Below, piece after piece: positions 27,454 to 37,655 of a stretch of DNA of 64,000 nt. Every line of letters begins with the position of its first letter. Position 1 is the first letter of the stretch. The DNA is from an uncultured Hyphomicrobiales bacterium (lineage in GTDB: Bacteria; Pseudomonadota; Alphaproteobacteria; Rhizobiales; Xanthobacteraceae): NCBI GenBank assembly GCA_903878085.1, contig CAIRGJ010000013.1:17456-81455 (forward strand). Reading direction: 5' to 3'. The notes under the pieces were generated by a model that was not told the DNA's origin, did no database searches, and worked only from the letters and a program-made list of their open reading frames with translations. Position numbers and translations under genes: made by a program.

Positions 27454-28500
27454 ATGACGTCGTCCGGCCGCCGCTCGGCTTTGCTGAAATTTGTTTTGCT
27501 TGTCGCCGGCCTGTTTCTTGTCGCCGGCGCGGTCGACGTCGCGCTGGCACAGCCGTTCGGCGCCTCGCGTAGCGGCGGGGCGTCCGACTTCGGCGGCGTC
27601 GCCGGCTGGATTCTGGCCAAGCAGGCCGAGTTCTACCGCATGCTGTCGGGCACCATCCGCGCCGCCAAGGCGGATGGCAGCGCCGCCTGGACGCTGATGG
27701 GCATCTCTTTTCTCTACGGCATCTTCCACGCCGCAGGTCCCGGCCACGGCAAGGCGGTGATCTCGTCTTATCTGGTCGCCAATGACGAAACCTGGAAGCG
27801 CGGCATCGTGCTGTCGTTTGCCTCCGCGATCCTGCAAGCAATCACCGCCATCGTCATCGTCGGCGTCGCCGCCGTGCTGCTCGGCGCCACCGCCAAGGTG
27901 ATGGGCGACACCGTCCGCGTCATCGAGATCGTGAGCTACGGCCTGATCGTCCTGATCGGCTTGCGGCTGCTGTGGGTGAAGGGCCGCGCGTTCTTGAACC
28001 TGCTGCGAGCGGAGCGGCAAGAGCACGCACATCAAGAGCACGCGCATCACGGCCACGATCACCATGATCATGGCCATGCCGATCACGATCACGATCACGG
28101 CGACGAAGCGCACGCTTGGGGGCACGCCCATGCGCCCGAGCCGAAAGAGCTCGTTGGCCGCCATTGGTGGAAGCGCGGGCTGACGGCCATCGTCGCCGTC
28201 GGCCTGCGGCCCTGCTCGGGCGCGATCATCGTGCTGGTGTTCGCACTGGCGCAGGGCCTGTTCTGGATCGGTGTGGCATCGACCTTTGCCATGGGGCTTG
28301 GCACCGCGATCACGGTCGCGGGCATCGCCACGCTCGCGGTCGGCGCGCGCGGGCTGGCCGGGCGGTGGGCTAAGGCTAAGCCCGGCGCCGGCATGCTGTT
28401 GTTGCGCGGATTGGAAGCCGGCGCGGCGATGGTCATCGTCGCGTTCGGTGCGCTGCTGCTCACCGGCTACATTATCAGCGAACGGCTGATGGCGGGGTGA
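27454..28500 (+). CDS. Ni/Co/Zn transporter, RcnA/ZevB-like (HoxN/HupN/NixA superfamily)
   Basis: GIFHAAGPGHGKAVISSY, His-rich loop, GLRPCSGA. Confidence 0.88.
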   Translation: MTSSGRRSALLKFVLLVAGLFLVAGAVDVALAQPFGASRSGGASDFGGVAGWILAKQAEFYRMLSGTIRAAKADGSAAWTLMGISFLYGIFHAAGPGHGKAVISSYLVANDETWKRGIVLSFASAILQAITAIVIVGVAAVLLGATAKVMGDTVRVIEIVSYGLIVLIGLRLLWVKGRAFLNLLRAERQEHAHQEHAHHGHDHHDHGHADHDHDHGDEAHAWGHAHAPEPKELVGRHWWKRGLTAIVAVGLRPCSGAIIVLVFALAQGLFWIGVASTFAMGLGTAITVAGIATLAVGARGLAGRWAKAKPGAGMLLLRGLEAGAAMVIVAFGALLLTGYIISERLMAG

Positions 28501-28504
28501 GATT

Positions 28505-28530
28505 GTCGTCCCCGCGACGGCGGGGACGAC
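28505..28530. repeat. Collapsed single-hairpin copy of the GTCGTCCCCGCG REP
   Basis: GTCGTCCCCGCGACGGCGGGGACGAC between convergent genes. Confidence 0.75.
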
Positions 28531-28539
28531 TGAAGAGAA

Positions 28540-28920
28540 TCAAGCGAAATCTTCCGCCCGCAGCACAATCGGCTGGCCGTGCGGGGTGCGATCGCAGGCG
28601 TGGTCCCAGGCATCGCGGGTGCGATGCAGGTCGTGCGACGTCGTCACGCCCTTGTCCGCCACCAACTTCTCCAGCGCCGCCAGCCAGTGCGCATAATAAG
28701 TCTCGCCGATGTCGGGGTCGCCAGCGGCCTGCGCGCGTTTGATTTCGGCGGCGAGCGCCGCCGCCCATTCCGGCCAAGTGAAGAGGCCGCGCTCATGCAG
28801 CGCCAGCGTCATGGCAAAGGCCTGGGCCTCCCACGGCTCGCGGAACACCGGCCCGTCGTCATCGCGCGGAATGCTCGGCACTTCTCGCGTGGCGCGGGCG
28901 GCTGCGGCTTGGTCAATCAT
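28540..28920 (-). CDS. Nitrile hydratase accessory (activator) protein
   Basis: PVFREPWEAQAFA, FTWPEW, YYAHWLAALE; ATGA overlap with nthB. Confidence 0.9.
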   Translation of the reverse strand: MIDQAAAARATREVPSIPRDDDGPVFREPWEAQAFAMTLALHERGLFTWPEWAAALAAEIKRAQAAGDPDIGETYYAHWLAALEKLVADKGVTTSHDLHRTRDAWDHACDRTPHGQPIVLRAEDFA

Positions 28921-29576
28921 GCTGGCTCCAGATAGGGCTCCCAGGCGTCGACTGAAACTTTGACGCTCGGGTCGCTGCCGTCGCCCCACAATTCCGGCCC
29001 GTCGAAGCGCACGGTGTAAAGCCATTGCGGATTTTCGCCGGCCCCGGTTGCGTTGCTGTCGGGAAAAACGTGGCAACCGATGACACGTTCGATAGTGCCG
29101 ACGCGTCCGCGCACATAGCGCGGCAGCCGGGTGTGGGTGACGGGGTTGATGTTCTTGGCGCGCACGCGGTCGCCGGTTTTGAATTTCGCCGTGGTGTCGG
29201 TGGCGCGTTCGGTTGGCCCACCGCGATACAGCACCTGTGCAACATCGCCCGGCGACAATGTCTGCTTCACTGGCTTGGGCGGATGCAAAGCGTGGCCGAC
29301 GACGATCTCGTCATCGTCGACCAGATCGCGTTCCTTCAGCATCGCTTCAAGCGCATAAAACCATAGCTCGTAATAACTCATCGACAGATATTCTTGCGGC
29401 GGCCGATTCTCGCGGGCGAAGCGCCCCATGTCGATGTTCCAGCCGCCGGGCCGCGCCATCGCCAGCGTCAATGCGAAGGCGCGCTTTTCCCATTCGGCAT
29501 GGAACACCGGCTCATTCGGCTCCGGTGCGACCTGCCCGTGACCATGCGTGCCGCCGAGGTCCTGGCCGCCGTTCAT
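28917..29576 (-). CDS. nthB: Nitrile hydratase beta subunit
   Basis: [32 protein letters not shown]. Confidence 0.95.
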   Translation of the reverse strand: MNGGQDLGGTHGHGQVAPEPNEPVFHAEWEKRAFALTLAMARPGGWNIDMGRFARENRPPQEYLSMSYYELWFYALEAMLKERDLVDDDEIVVGHALHPPKPVKQTLSPGDVAQVLYRGGPTERATDTTAKFKTGDRVRAKNINPVTHTRLPRYVRGRVGTIERVIGCHVFPDSNATGAGENPQWLYTVRFDGPELWGDGSDPSVKVSVDAWEPYLEPA

Positions 29577-30205
29577 GCGAGGTCCTCAGGCCGCTTCGCC
29601 AGACCGGTACCGATCATCGAGTCGCGCGTCACCAACTCGGCGAGTTTTTTCTCGCTCCAGCCTTCGGTGCCGGCGGGGCGCATCGGCAGCACCAGATAGC
29701 GAATCTCGGCGGTGGAATCCCAGACGCGGATCTCGGTGTCTTTCGGCAATGTCACGCCGAAATCGGTCAGCACGCCGCGCGGATCGGCGACCGCGCGCGA
29801 CCGGTACGGCGCAGCTTTGTACCAGACCGGCGGCAGGCCCAGCACCGGCCACGGATAGCAGGAGCACAGCGTGCAGACGACCATGTTGTGCCGCGCCGGC
29901 GTGTTCTCCAGCGCGACGATGTGCTCGCCCTGGCGGCCGGCATAGCCAAGCTCGCCGATCGCGGGCGTCGCGTCTTTCAAGAGCCGCGCGCGGTAGGCCG
30001 GATCGGCCCAGGCTTTGGCCACCACGCGGGCGCCGTTGCGCGGGCCGACTTTCTTTTCATAAGTTTCGATCAAGAGATCGAGCGCCGCCGGATCGACATA
30101 ACCCTTCTCGGTGAGCACGGTTTCCAGCGCGCGCACGCGCAGTTCGGTCTCCGACAGCTCAGAATGGTCGTGGTCGTGATGGTGGTCGTGATCGTGTCCG
30201 GACAT
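29573..30205 (-). CDS. nthA: Cobalt-type nitrile hydratase alpha subunit
   Basis: VCTLCSCY Co-type metal site; His-rich N-terminus. Confidence 0.96.
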   Translation of the reverse strand: MSGHDHDHHHDHDHSELSETELRVRALETVLTEKGYVDPAALDLLIETYEKKVGPRNGARVVAKAWADPAYRARLLKDATPAIGELGYAGRQGEHIVALENTPARHNMVVCTLCSCYPWPVLGLPPVWYKAAPYRSRAVADPRGVLTDFGVTLPKDTEIRVWDSTAEIRYLVLPMRPAGTEGWSEKKLAELVTRDSMIGTGLAKRPEDLA

Positions 30206-30232
30206 ACGCGCAAGTCTAACGCAACTTCGCGG

Positions 30233-30712
30233 TCAATCCCAGACGCCTTTGTGCTGCGCCGCGGCTTCGTCCTCGAGCAGCGGGCCTACCACTTCGACCT
30301 TGCGCTGGCCGGCGGCGAACACCGTGCGGCAGGGCAGGTCGAGCGTCGGGTTCTCCGCGTGGCTGCCGGTGATGGTCTTCAGCCGCGCTTCCGACAGGCC
30401 GTAGACCACGCGGCCGATGCCGGCCCAATAGGCAGCAGCAGCGCACATCGCGCAGGGCTCGGCCGAGGTGTACATCGTGCATTCCATCAGTTGCGTGGGC
30501 CGGTATTGCTTCGAGGCCGCCGTCGCCAGCAACCGCTCGGCATGGCCGGTCATGTCGCGGTCCGGCATATAGCCGTTCTCGGCTTCGAGCAGCACGTCGC
30601 CTGCGGGTCCGACCAGGACGCAGCCGAACGGATGGTTGCCGCGGTCGCGCGCCTTGGCCGCGACCGCAAAGGCGAGCCGCAGGCCGGTTTCGTCGTCGAT
30701 CTTGGCGCTCAT
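30233..30712 (-). CDS. Nucleoside/cytidine-type deaminase
   Basis: PFG, HAE, EPCAMC zinc motifs. Confidence 0.88.
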   Translation of the reverse strand: MSAKIDDETGLRLAFAVAAKARDRGNHPFGCVLVGPAGDVLLEAENGYMPDRDMTGHAERLLATAASKQYRPTQLMECTMYTSAEPCAMCAAAAYWAGIGRVVYGLSEARLKTITGSHAENPTLDLPCRTVFAAGQRKVEVVGPLLEDEAAAQHKGVWD

Positions 30713-30791
30713 ACTGTCAGCCTAGCAAAGCCGCGGGTGAAAATGCAGATATCGTGCCAGCGTTTGGCGCTCAGCCGCGCGCCGTGACACA

Positions 30792-31313
30792 ATGACGGCC
30801 ATGCTTGCCACGCTCGACACCATCGCCGACCGCATCGACCGCCTCAACACCGCCATCGGCCGCAGCGTGGCCTGGCTGGCGCTGGTCATTGTCGTCCTGC
30901 AATTCGTGCTGGTGCTGGCGCGCTATTTGTTCGGACTGGGCTCGATCTGGCTGACCGAGGCGGTGATCTACGGCCACGCCACGCTGTTCTTGCTCGCCGC
31001 CGCCTGGACGTTGCGCACCGGCGGCCATGTGCGAGTCGATATATTTTACGCCGATGCCGCGCCACGCACCCGGGCCAAGATCGATCTTGCCGGGGCCGTG
31101 CTGTTGCTGTTGCCGTTCGCGCTGACGCTGGTGTGGCTGTCGCTGCCTTACGCGGGGCGCTCCTGGGCGATTCTGGAACGGTCGCAGGAATCCAGCGGCC
31201 TGCCGCTGGTGTTTGCGCTCAAGACGCTGATCCCGCTGTTTTCAGGCCTGATGGCGCTGCAAGGTTTCGCGCAGGCGATCCGTGCCGTGCGCGCGCTGGC
31301 CGGGACGCGCTGA
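30792..31313 (+). CDS. TRAP transporter small permease (DctQ)
   Basis: GHVRVDIFY motif, four TMs. Confidence 0.9.
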   Translation: MTAMLATLDTIADRIDRLNTAIGRSVAWLALVIVVLQFVLVLARYLFGLGSIWLTEAVIYGHATLFLLAAAWTLRTGGHVRVDIFYADAAPRTRAKIDLAGAVLLLLPFALTLVWLSLPYAGRSWAILERSQESSGLPLVFALKTLIPLFSGLMALQGFAQAIRAVRALAGTR

Positions 31314-32704
31314 TGCCGCTTTCCGAAATCATCGCCATCGTGATGGTCGTTGCCGTCTGCGCCGCGCTGATGGCCGGCTATCCGGTGGCGCTGACGCTGG
31401 CCGGAATGTCGCTGGCTTTCGCCGTATTTGGCCACGCCCTTGGCGTCATGAATTTCGCCATCCTCGCCGCGCTGCCGCAACGCATCTTCGGCGTCATGAC
31501 CAACCCGACGCTGCTGGCGATCCCGCTGTTCATCTTCATGGGGGTGATGCTGGAGCGCTCACGCGTCGCCGAGGAATTGCTGGAAACCATGGGCCGGCTG
31601 TTCGGCAGCTGGCGCGGCGGGCTGGGCATCTCGGTCATCATCGTCGGCACGCTGCTGGCGGCGGCCAAAGGCGTGGTCGGCGCCACTACGGTGACGATGG
31701 GCTTGATCGTGCTGCCGACCATGCTGCGCTACGGCTACGACAAGCGGCTCGCCGCCGGCACGGTCGCGGCGACGGCGACGCTGGCGCAGATTTTTCCGCC
31801 CGCCACCGTGCTGGTGCTGCTCGGCGATCAGCTCGGCAATGCCTATCAGGCGGCGCAATTGTCGTTAGGCATCTTCGCGCCGGACAGCGTCAATGTCAGC
31901 GATCTGTTCGCCGGCGCGCTATTGCCGGGCTTTGCGCTGGTTACGCTGTATCTCGCTTTCGTCATTGCGGTGGCGATCTTCCGGCCCGAGGCCGCGCCGG
32001 CGATGCCGCCCGATCCGAACGCGCCGCGCGGCTTTGCCCTGGCGCGCAAGCTCGCCCAGGTCCTGGTCGCGCCGGTCGCGCTGATTCTCGCCGTGCTCGG
32101 CTCGATCCTGTTCGGCATCGCGACCCCTACCGAAGCGGCGTCGATCGGCGCGGTCGGCGCCATTCTGCTCGCGGCCTTCAAGACGGATCTGCGCAGCGTG
32201 ATGATGCCGGTGGTGGAAAAGACCACCCAGATCACCAGCATGATCTTTCTCATTCTGATCGGCGCCACGCTGTTCAGCCTGGTGTTCCGTGCGCTCGGCG
32301 GTGACGACATGGTTTATCGGGCGCTCGGCAATCTACCGGGCGGCGTCAGCGGCGCGGTGCTGGCGGTGATGCTGGCGATCTTCCTGCTCGGCTTCGTGAT
32401 GGACGCCTTCGAGATCATCTTCGTGGTGGTGCCGATCGTGGCCCCGGCGCTGCTGAAGATGCCGGGCGTCGATCCGGTCTGGCTCGGCATCATGATCGCG
32501 GTGAACCTGCAGACCTCCTACATGCATCCGCCGCTCGGGCCGACGCTGTTCTACTTGCGGGGCGTGGCGCCGCCCGAAATCACGACAAGGCACATTTATC
32601 TCGGCATTATCCCCTTCGTACTGATCCAGCTTTTCGCGCTGGTGGTGCTGTGGTTCGTGCCGGGGCTTGCGACCGCCCTGCCACATGCGCTTTATGGAAG
32701 GTGA
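31313..32704 (+). CDS. TRAP transporter large permease (DctM)
   Basis: LLAIPLFIFMG, PPLGPTLFYLRGVAP. Confidence 0.92.
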   Translation: MPLSEIIAIVMVVAVCAALMAGYPVALTLAGMSLAFAVFGHALGVMNFAILAALPQRIFGVMTNPTLLAIPLFIFMGVMLERSRVAEELLETMGRLFGSWRGGLGISVIIVGTLLAAAKGVVGATTVTMGLIVLPTMLRYGYDKRLAAGTVAATATLAQIFPPATVLVLLGDQLGNAYQAAQLSLGIFAPDSVNVSDLFAGALLPGFALVTLYLAFVIAVAIFRPEAAPAMPPDPNAPRGFALARKLAQVLVAPVALILAVLGSILFGIATPTEAASIGAVGAILLAAFKTDLRSVMMPVVEKTTQITSMIFLILIGATLFSLVFRALGGDDMVYRALGNLPGGVSGAVLAVMLAIFLLGFVMDAFEIIFVVVPIVAPALLKMPGVDPVWLGIMIAVNLQTSYMHPPLGPTLFYLRGVAPPEITTRHIYLGIIPFVLIQLFALVVLWFVPGLATALPHALYGR

Positions 32705-32729
32705 GGGAGACTTTCAGGGAAGGACTCGC

Positions 32730-33509
32730 ATGAAAGCCGCCGAGATGTTCGATTTGACAGGCCGCGTCGCGCTGGTGACCGGCGCGTCCAGCGGTCTGGG
32801 CCAGCAATTCGCCCGCGCGCTCGCCGACAATGGCGCGGCGGTGGCGCTGGTGGCGCGCCGCGCCGACCGCCTTGAGGCGTTCAGGGCCGAACTCGAAAAG
32901 ACGGGCGCCAAGACCATTGCGATTACGGCCGACGTCAACAGCCGCGACGACATGATCCGCGCCTTCGATGAGGCGGAAAAAGCATTCGGCACCGTCACCA
33001 TTCTGGTCAACAACGCGGGCGTGGCGCAGCAGTCCGTGCGTGCGACCGAGGTCACGCCGGAGGAATGGCGGCGCGTCTTGTCGACCGATCTCGATGCGGT
33101 GTTCTATTGGGCGCAAGAAGCCGCCCGCCGTATGCTCGCGGCGAAGCAGCCGGGCGCCATCGTCAATATCGCTTCAGTGCTCGGCTTCGGTGTGTCCAAA
33201 GGGGTGGCGGCTTATGCCGTGGCCAAAGCCGCGGTCGTGCAGACGACCAAAGCCCTGTCGGTCGAACTCGCCTTCAAGGGCGTGCGCGTCAATGCCATCG
33301 CGCCGGGCTGGTTCGTCACCGACATCAACGGCAGCTATCTCGAAGGCGAGGCCGGTGCCAAGCTCAAGCGCGAAATTCCAATGGGCCGCTTCGGTCAAGC
33401 GGGCGATCTCGACGGCACGCTGCTGCTGCTGGCGTCGGACGCAGGCGCATACATCACCGGCGCCACCATCGTGGTCGATGGCGGGCAGATCGTGCAGATC
33501 AAGGGTTAG
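32730..33509 (+). CDS. SDR family oxidoreductase
   Basis: TGASSGLG, NNAG, YAVAK, VRVNAIAPG. Confidence 0.92.
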   Translation: MKAAEMFDLTGRVALVTGASSGLGQQFARALADNGAAVALVARRADRLEAFRAELEKTGAKTIAITADVNSRDDMIRAFDEAEKAFGTVTILVNNAGVAQQSVRATEVTPEEWRRVLSTDLDAVFYWAQEAARRMLAAKQPGAIVNIASVLGFGVSKGVAAYAVAKAAVVQTTKALSVELAFKGVRVNAIAPGWFVTDINGSYLEGEAGAKLKREIPMGRFGQAGDLDGTLLLLASDAGAYITGATIVVDGGQIVQIKG

Positions 33510-33518
33510 GGGAACACC

Positions 33519-34733
33519 ATGGACTTCACACTCGCGCCTGAGATCGAATCCATCCGCCTGCGCGTGCGCGCCTTCATCGCGGAGCACGTGCTGCCGCTGG
33601 AGGCCGATCCGGAGAATTTCACCGATTACGAAAACATCCCGCACCACCGGCTGGCGCCGGTGCGCGAGAAGGCCAAGGCTGCCGGGCTGTGGGCGCCGCA
33701 GGCGCCGAAGGAATATGGCGGCATGGGGCTGCCGGTCGGCGCCTGGCCCGCGATCTACGAAGAGGCCGCGCGTTCGGTGTTTGGACCGCTCGCCATCCAC
33801 TGCATGGCGCCGGACGACGGCAACATGAGCCTGCTCGCCAAAGTGGGCACGCCGGCGCAGAAGGAAAAATGGCTGCGCCCCATCGTCGAGGGCAAGGTGC
33901 GCTCGTCTTTCGTGATGACCGAGCCACACCCGGGTTCCGGTTCTGATCCCGGCATGATGATGACGCGCGCCGAGAAGAAAAATGACCGTTACGTGGTGCG
34001 CGGCCGCAAATGGTTCATCACCGGCGCCGACGGCGCCGCGCATTACATCCTGGTGGCGCGCACCTCCGACGACAAACGCCGCGGTCTCACGGCGTTCCTC
34101 TATCACAAAGACCAGCCGGGCTGGCGCATCGTGCGCCGCATCCCGATCATGGGACCGGAGGAGCACGGCGGCCACTGCGAATTGGAATTCAACGGCCTCG
34201 AGATTCCGTTCGAAAACGTGCTGATGACCGAGGGCGACGGCTTGAAAGCCACGCAGATCCGTCTCGGCCCGGCGCGGCTCACGCACTGCATGCGCTGGCT
34301 CGGCTTCTCCAAACGCTGCATGGAGATCGCGCAAGAATACGTCGAGCGGCGCGAGGGCTTCGGCATCAAGCTTGCCGACCGCGAGAGCATCCAGATCAAG
34401 CTCGGCGAAGTCGCGCACCAGATCCAGATCGGGCGGCTGCTCACCATGCACGCGGCCTGGATGCTCGAGCAGGGCTCGCGCGCGCGCAAGGAAGTGTCGA
34501 TGGCCAAGGTGCAGGTCGCCGACACGCTCCATAACGCCGCCGACGTCGCGATCCAGCTCAACGGCGCGCGCGGCTATTCCAAGGACACCATCCTGGAATG
34601 GCTGTACCGCTACGCCCGCTCGGCGCGCTTGGTCGATGGCGCGTCCGAAGTGCACAAGATGGTGCTGGCACGCTTCATGCGCGAGGAAGGCCGCGACTTC
34701 TGGCAGTGGGGCGCAGGCGAGGCGAAGAAATAG
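33519..34733 (+). CDS. Acyl-CoA dehydrogenase family protein
   Basis: APDDGNM, FVMTEP..GSDP, GRKWFITG, RLVDGASEVHK. Confidence 0.92.
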   Translation: MDFTLAPEIESIRLRVRAFIAEHVLPLEADPENFTDYENIPHHRLAPVREKAKAAGLWAPQAPKEYGGMGLPVGAWPAIYEEAARSVFGPLAIHCMAPDDGNMSLLAKVGTPAQKEKWLRPIVEGKVRSSFVMTEPHPGSGSDPGMMMTRAEKKNDRYVVRGRKWFITGADGAAHYILVARTSDDKRRGLTAFLYHKDQPGWRIVRRIPIMGPEEHGGHCELEFNGLEIPFENVLMTEGDGLKATQIRLGPARLTHCMRWLGFSKRCMEIAQEYVERREGFGIKLADRESIQIKLGEVAHQIQIGRLLTMHAAWMLEQGSRARKEVSMAKVQVADTLHNAADVAIQLNGARGYSKDTILEWLYRYARSARLVDGASEVHKMVLARFMREEGRDFWQWGAGEAKK

Positions 34734-34740
34734 TATGCTC

Positions 34741-34864
34741 GTCGTCCCCGCGAAGGCGGGGACCCATAACCACCGCCCTAGCGATCAGACGAATAGAAAT
34801 CGTCTAAAGGCCCGTTCCTACCGAAATTGCACGGCGTATGGGTCCCCGCCTTCGCGGGGACGAC
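34741..34864. repeat. REP doublet/MITE, same family as 13209
   Basis: Same terminal inverted repeats, different spacer, similar length. Confidence 0.85.
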
Positions 34865-34873
34865 AACGGCGAG

Positions 34874-35638
34874 TTAATTCCGATACCCCGGATCAATCCC
34901 GTCGAGCATACGCAGATAAGCCGCCCAGTCGGCGCTACCGCGGCCTGAGTCGTGATGCTCGTATTGCTCGGCGGTCTTGGCGCAGATCGCGTCCGGGATT
35001 TCGGTGAGATCGCCTTTGGTCGCTTCCAGCTTCAACTGGATGTCGATGGCGTCGAGCAACGCCTTCATCAAGACAAAGGATTCACGCGCCGTTTTGCCGA
35101 CCGTGAGCAGGCCGTGATGATTCAGGATCATCGCGCGGTTTTTGCCGAGGTCCTTATTGATACGTTCGCGTTCGGCGAAGTCCTCGGTGATGCCCTCGTA
35201 GGGGTGATAGCCGATGCGCTTGTAGAAACGGATGGAGTGCTGCGAGATCATGCGCAGGCCGCCCTTCATGGCGCCGATCGCCATGCCGTTATTGGTGTGG
35301 ACGTGCACCGAGCAGTTCACGTCGTCGCGCGCCTGCAGCACGCCGCCGTGCAGCGTGAAGCCCGGGCGGTTGATGCCGGCCTTCTCGTCCAGGTCCAGGT
35401 CCATGTTGACTTTCACCAGATTGGACGCGGTCACTTCAGTGTAGAGCAGCTCGTGCCGCTTCATCAGGAACATGCGCGGCTCGCCCGGCACCCGCATGGC
35501 GGAATGGTTGTAGATCACATCGTTCCAGCCGTAATGGGCGAGCAGACGATAGACCGCGGCGAGATCGACCCGCGCATCCCATTCACCCTGTGAAATTCCA
35601 GCCGGAATAGCACCGGCGATCTTGGCGTGTGTGTTCAT
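34874..35638 (-). CDS. Class II aldolase/adducin family protein (second paralog)
   Basis: DVIYNHS, GFTLHG, SVHVHT, LNHHGLLTVG. Confidence 0.9.
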   Translation of the reverse strand: MNTHAKIAGAIPAGISQGEWDARVDLAAVYRLLAHYGWNDVIYNHSAMRVPGEPRMFLMKRHELLYTEVTASNLVKVNMDLDLDEKAGINRPGFTLHGGVLQARDDVNCSVHVHTNNGMAIGAMKGGLRMISQHSIRFYKRIGYHPYEGITEDFAERERINKDLGKNRAMILNHHGLLTVGKTARESFVLMKALLDAIDIQLKLEATKGDLTEIPDAICAKTAEQYEHHDSGRGSADWAAYLRMLDGIDPGYRN

Positions 35639-35735
35639 TGGGCATCCTCCAATTTTGTCGCGAGACTATCATATCGGCGGTGCTTGGCCAGATCGTGTGG
35701 CGTGGATATAGAGAACCGCAGAAAGCAGGTTTTAC

Positions 35736-36662
35736 ATGACTCAGCCAATTCAAATTCGCATGGGCGGCTATGGTCCGCCGACCACCGGCTTCAGCAAATC
35801 GCTGAAATTCATCGGCGATAAACTGGAGGCCGAATTCGGCAGCCGCGTCGACATCAAATACATCTGGAACATCATGGACTTCGGCTTCAAGGGCGAGGAC
35901 ATCTTGTGGCTGGTCGAGCACGGTCTGCTGACGCTCGGCTATCAGTCGTCGAGCTATTTAACGGACCGCGTGCCGGAATTGGGCTTTGTCGATCTGCCGT
36001 TTCTGTTCGCCAACAACACGCAGGCGCGCGCGGCGATGGACGGCGAACTCGGCGCCTTTCTGGTTCGCAAGATCGAAGAGCGCATCAACTACCGCATCCT
36101 CGGCTGGTTCGAAAACGGTTTCCGCCACATCTCGAACAAGCTGCATCCGATCCACGTGCCGGCGGATATGGCGGGCATGAAAATCCGCGTGCTGCCGAGC
36201 GAGATCCAGCGCCGCACGTTCGAATTGCTCGGCGCGGTGGCGATGCGCATGGACTTGAGCGAAGCGATCAAGATGGTCGTGGATGGCACCTTGGACGCGC
36301 AGGAAAATCCGCTGGCCAATACGGTCACCTATGGCGTGCACAAGTTTCACAAGTATCACACGCTCAGTTCACACTTCTATATTTCGCGGCCGATCTTCTT
36401 CCATCGCACGTCGTTCGATTCCTGGCCGGTGGAGCTTCAGCAGGCGATGCAACAGGCGGTGACCGACGCGGTCGCGTTCCAGCGCAAGTTGGCGATTGAA
36501 GAGCACAAGCAGTCGCTCAAGACGATCCTAGACGCCGGCTGCGAGGTCGTGGAACTCACCGCGAAGGAACATGCCGCTTTCGTCGAGGCCGTGCAGCCAT
36601 TGCTGAACGATGCCCAGAAGATGTACGGCGAGGCAATCTTCAAGATGGTGCCGAAGGCGTAA
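35736..36662 (+). CDS. TRAP substrate-binding protein (DctP family)
   Basis: WFENGFRH, GMKIRV, LDAQENP; no obvious signal peptide from this start. Confidence 0.85.
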   Translation: MTQPIQIRMGGYGPPTTGFSKSLKFIGDKLEAEFGSRVDIKYIWNIMDFGFKGEDILWLVEHGLLTLGYQSSSYLTDRVPELGFVDLPFLFANNTQARAAMDGELGAFLVRKIEERINYRILGWFENGFRHISNKLHPIHVPADMAGMKIRVLPSEIQRRTFELLGAVAMRMDLSEAIKMVVDGTLDAQENPLANTVTYGVHKFHKYHTLSSHFYISRPIFFHRTSFDSWPVELQQAMQQAVTDAVAFQRKLAIEEHKQSLKTILDAGCEVVELTAKEHAAFVEAVQPLLNDAQKMYGEAIFKMVPKA

Positions 36663-36675
36663 CGCGCACTCCTTT

Positions 36676-36798
36676 GTCATCACCGGGCATAGCCGTCCAA
36701 AGGACGGCGTCGCTTCGCGCGCCTATGTCCCGGTGATCCCGCTTAGTTGAGTACGGTGCGTCCCTAAGCGAGATGGCCGGGACAAGCCCGGCCATGAC
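36676..36798. repeat. GTCAT..CCGGG REP doublet with inner GACGGCGTCGCTTCG insert
   Basis: Inverted copy of the 53977-54097 family. Confidence 0.8.
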
Positions 36799-36884
36799 AG
36801 AAAACATGGTTTCCGCGTGTTTAACCATTGCGGCCGCACGGTCCGGTTTACGCCGCCGAAACCTGTCTCCTGTACCACCAGGGA

Positions 36885-37655
36885 ATGATCCAGCATCGTC
36901 CCATTGCGCTCGCGACGCGCGATCTGTGCAAGCGCTACGACCGGCCCGCGGTCGATCGTCTCGACCTCACGATCTATGGCGGCGAATTCTATTCGCTGCT
37001 CGGACCGAACGGCGCCGGCAAGACCACGACGCTGCGCATGGTGGCGGGCCTGCTGCGGCCCGATGCCGGATCGGTCGCGATCGACGGCATCGACGCGTTG
37101 GCCGATCCGGTCGCGGCCAAGCAGATCACCGCGTGGCTGTCGGACGAGCCGATGATCTACGACAGACTGACGCCGTTCGAATATCTCGAGTTCGTCGCCG
37201 GGCTGTGGCGCATCGATGCGGCCGATGCCGAGCGTAGCGCCAATGAGTTGCTCGACTGGCTCGGACTTGCGCCGCATGCGCATGAGCGCTGTGAGGGCTT
37301 CTCCAAAGGCATGCGGCAGAAAGTGGCGCTGGCCGGCGCCCTGGTGCACGATCCAAAGCTGATCATTCTCGATGAGCCGCTGACCGGGCTCGACGCCGGC
37401 TCGGCGCGCCAGGTCAAGAACGTGCTCAAGGAGCGCGTGCGCGCCGGCGGCACCGTCATCATGACCACGCACATTCTCGAGGTCGCCGAACGCATGGCCG
37501 ACCGCATCGGCGTCATCGCCCACGGCCGCCTGATTGCGGAGGGCACGCTCGATGAACTGCGTTTGATGGCCGGCAAGGAAACGGACAAGGCTGGAAGTCT
37601 GGAGGACACATTCCTCACCCTGGTCGGCGATGCGCCGGCGGTGATCGCCGAGTGA
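36885..37655 (+). CDS. ABC exporter ATP-binding protein
   Basis: GPNGAGKT, FSKGMRQK, ILDEP. Confidence 0.9.
   Translation: MIQHRPIALATRDLCKRYDRPAVDRLDLTIYGGEFYSLLGPNGAGKTTTLRMVAGLLRPDAGSVAIDGIDALADPVAAKQITAWLSDEPMIYDRLTPFEYLEFVAGLWRIDAADAERSANELLDWLGLAPHAHERCEGFSKGMRQKVALAGALVHDPKLIILDEPLTGLDAGSARQVKNVLKERVRAGGTVIMTTHILEVAERMADRIGVIAHGRLIAEGTLDELRLMAGKETDKAGSLEDTFLTLVGDAPAVIAE

Noticed and set aside
30233-30712. tadA (tRNA adenosine deaminase)
   Set aside because: Has generic HAE/PCxxC motifs, but I do not see TadA-specific features; left as a family-level call
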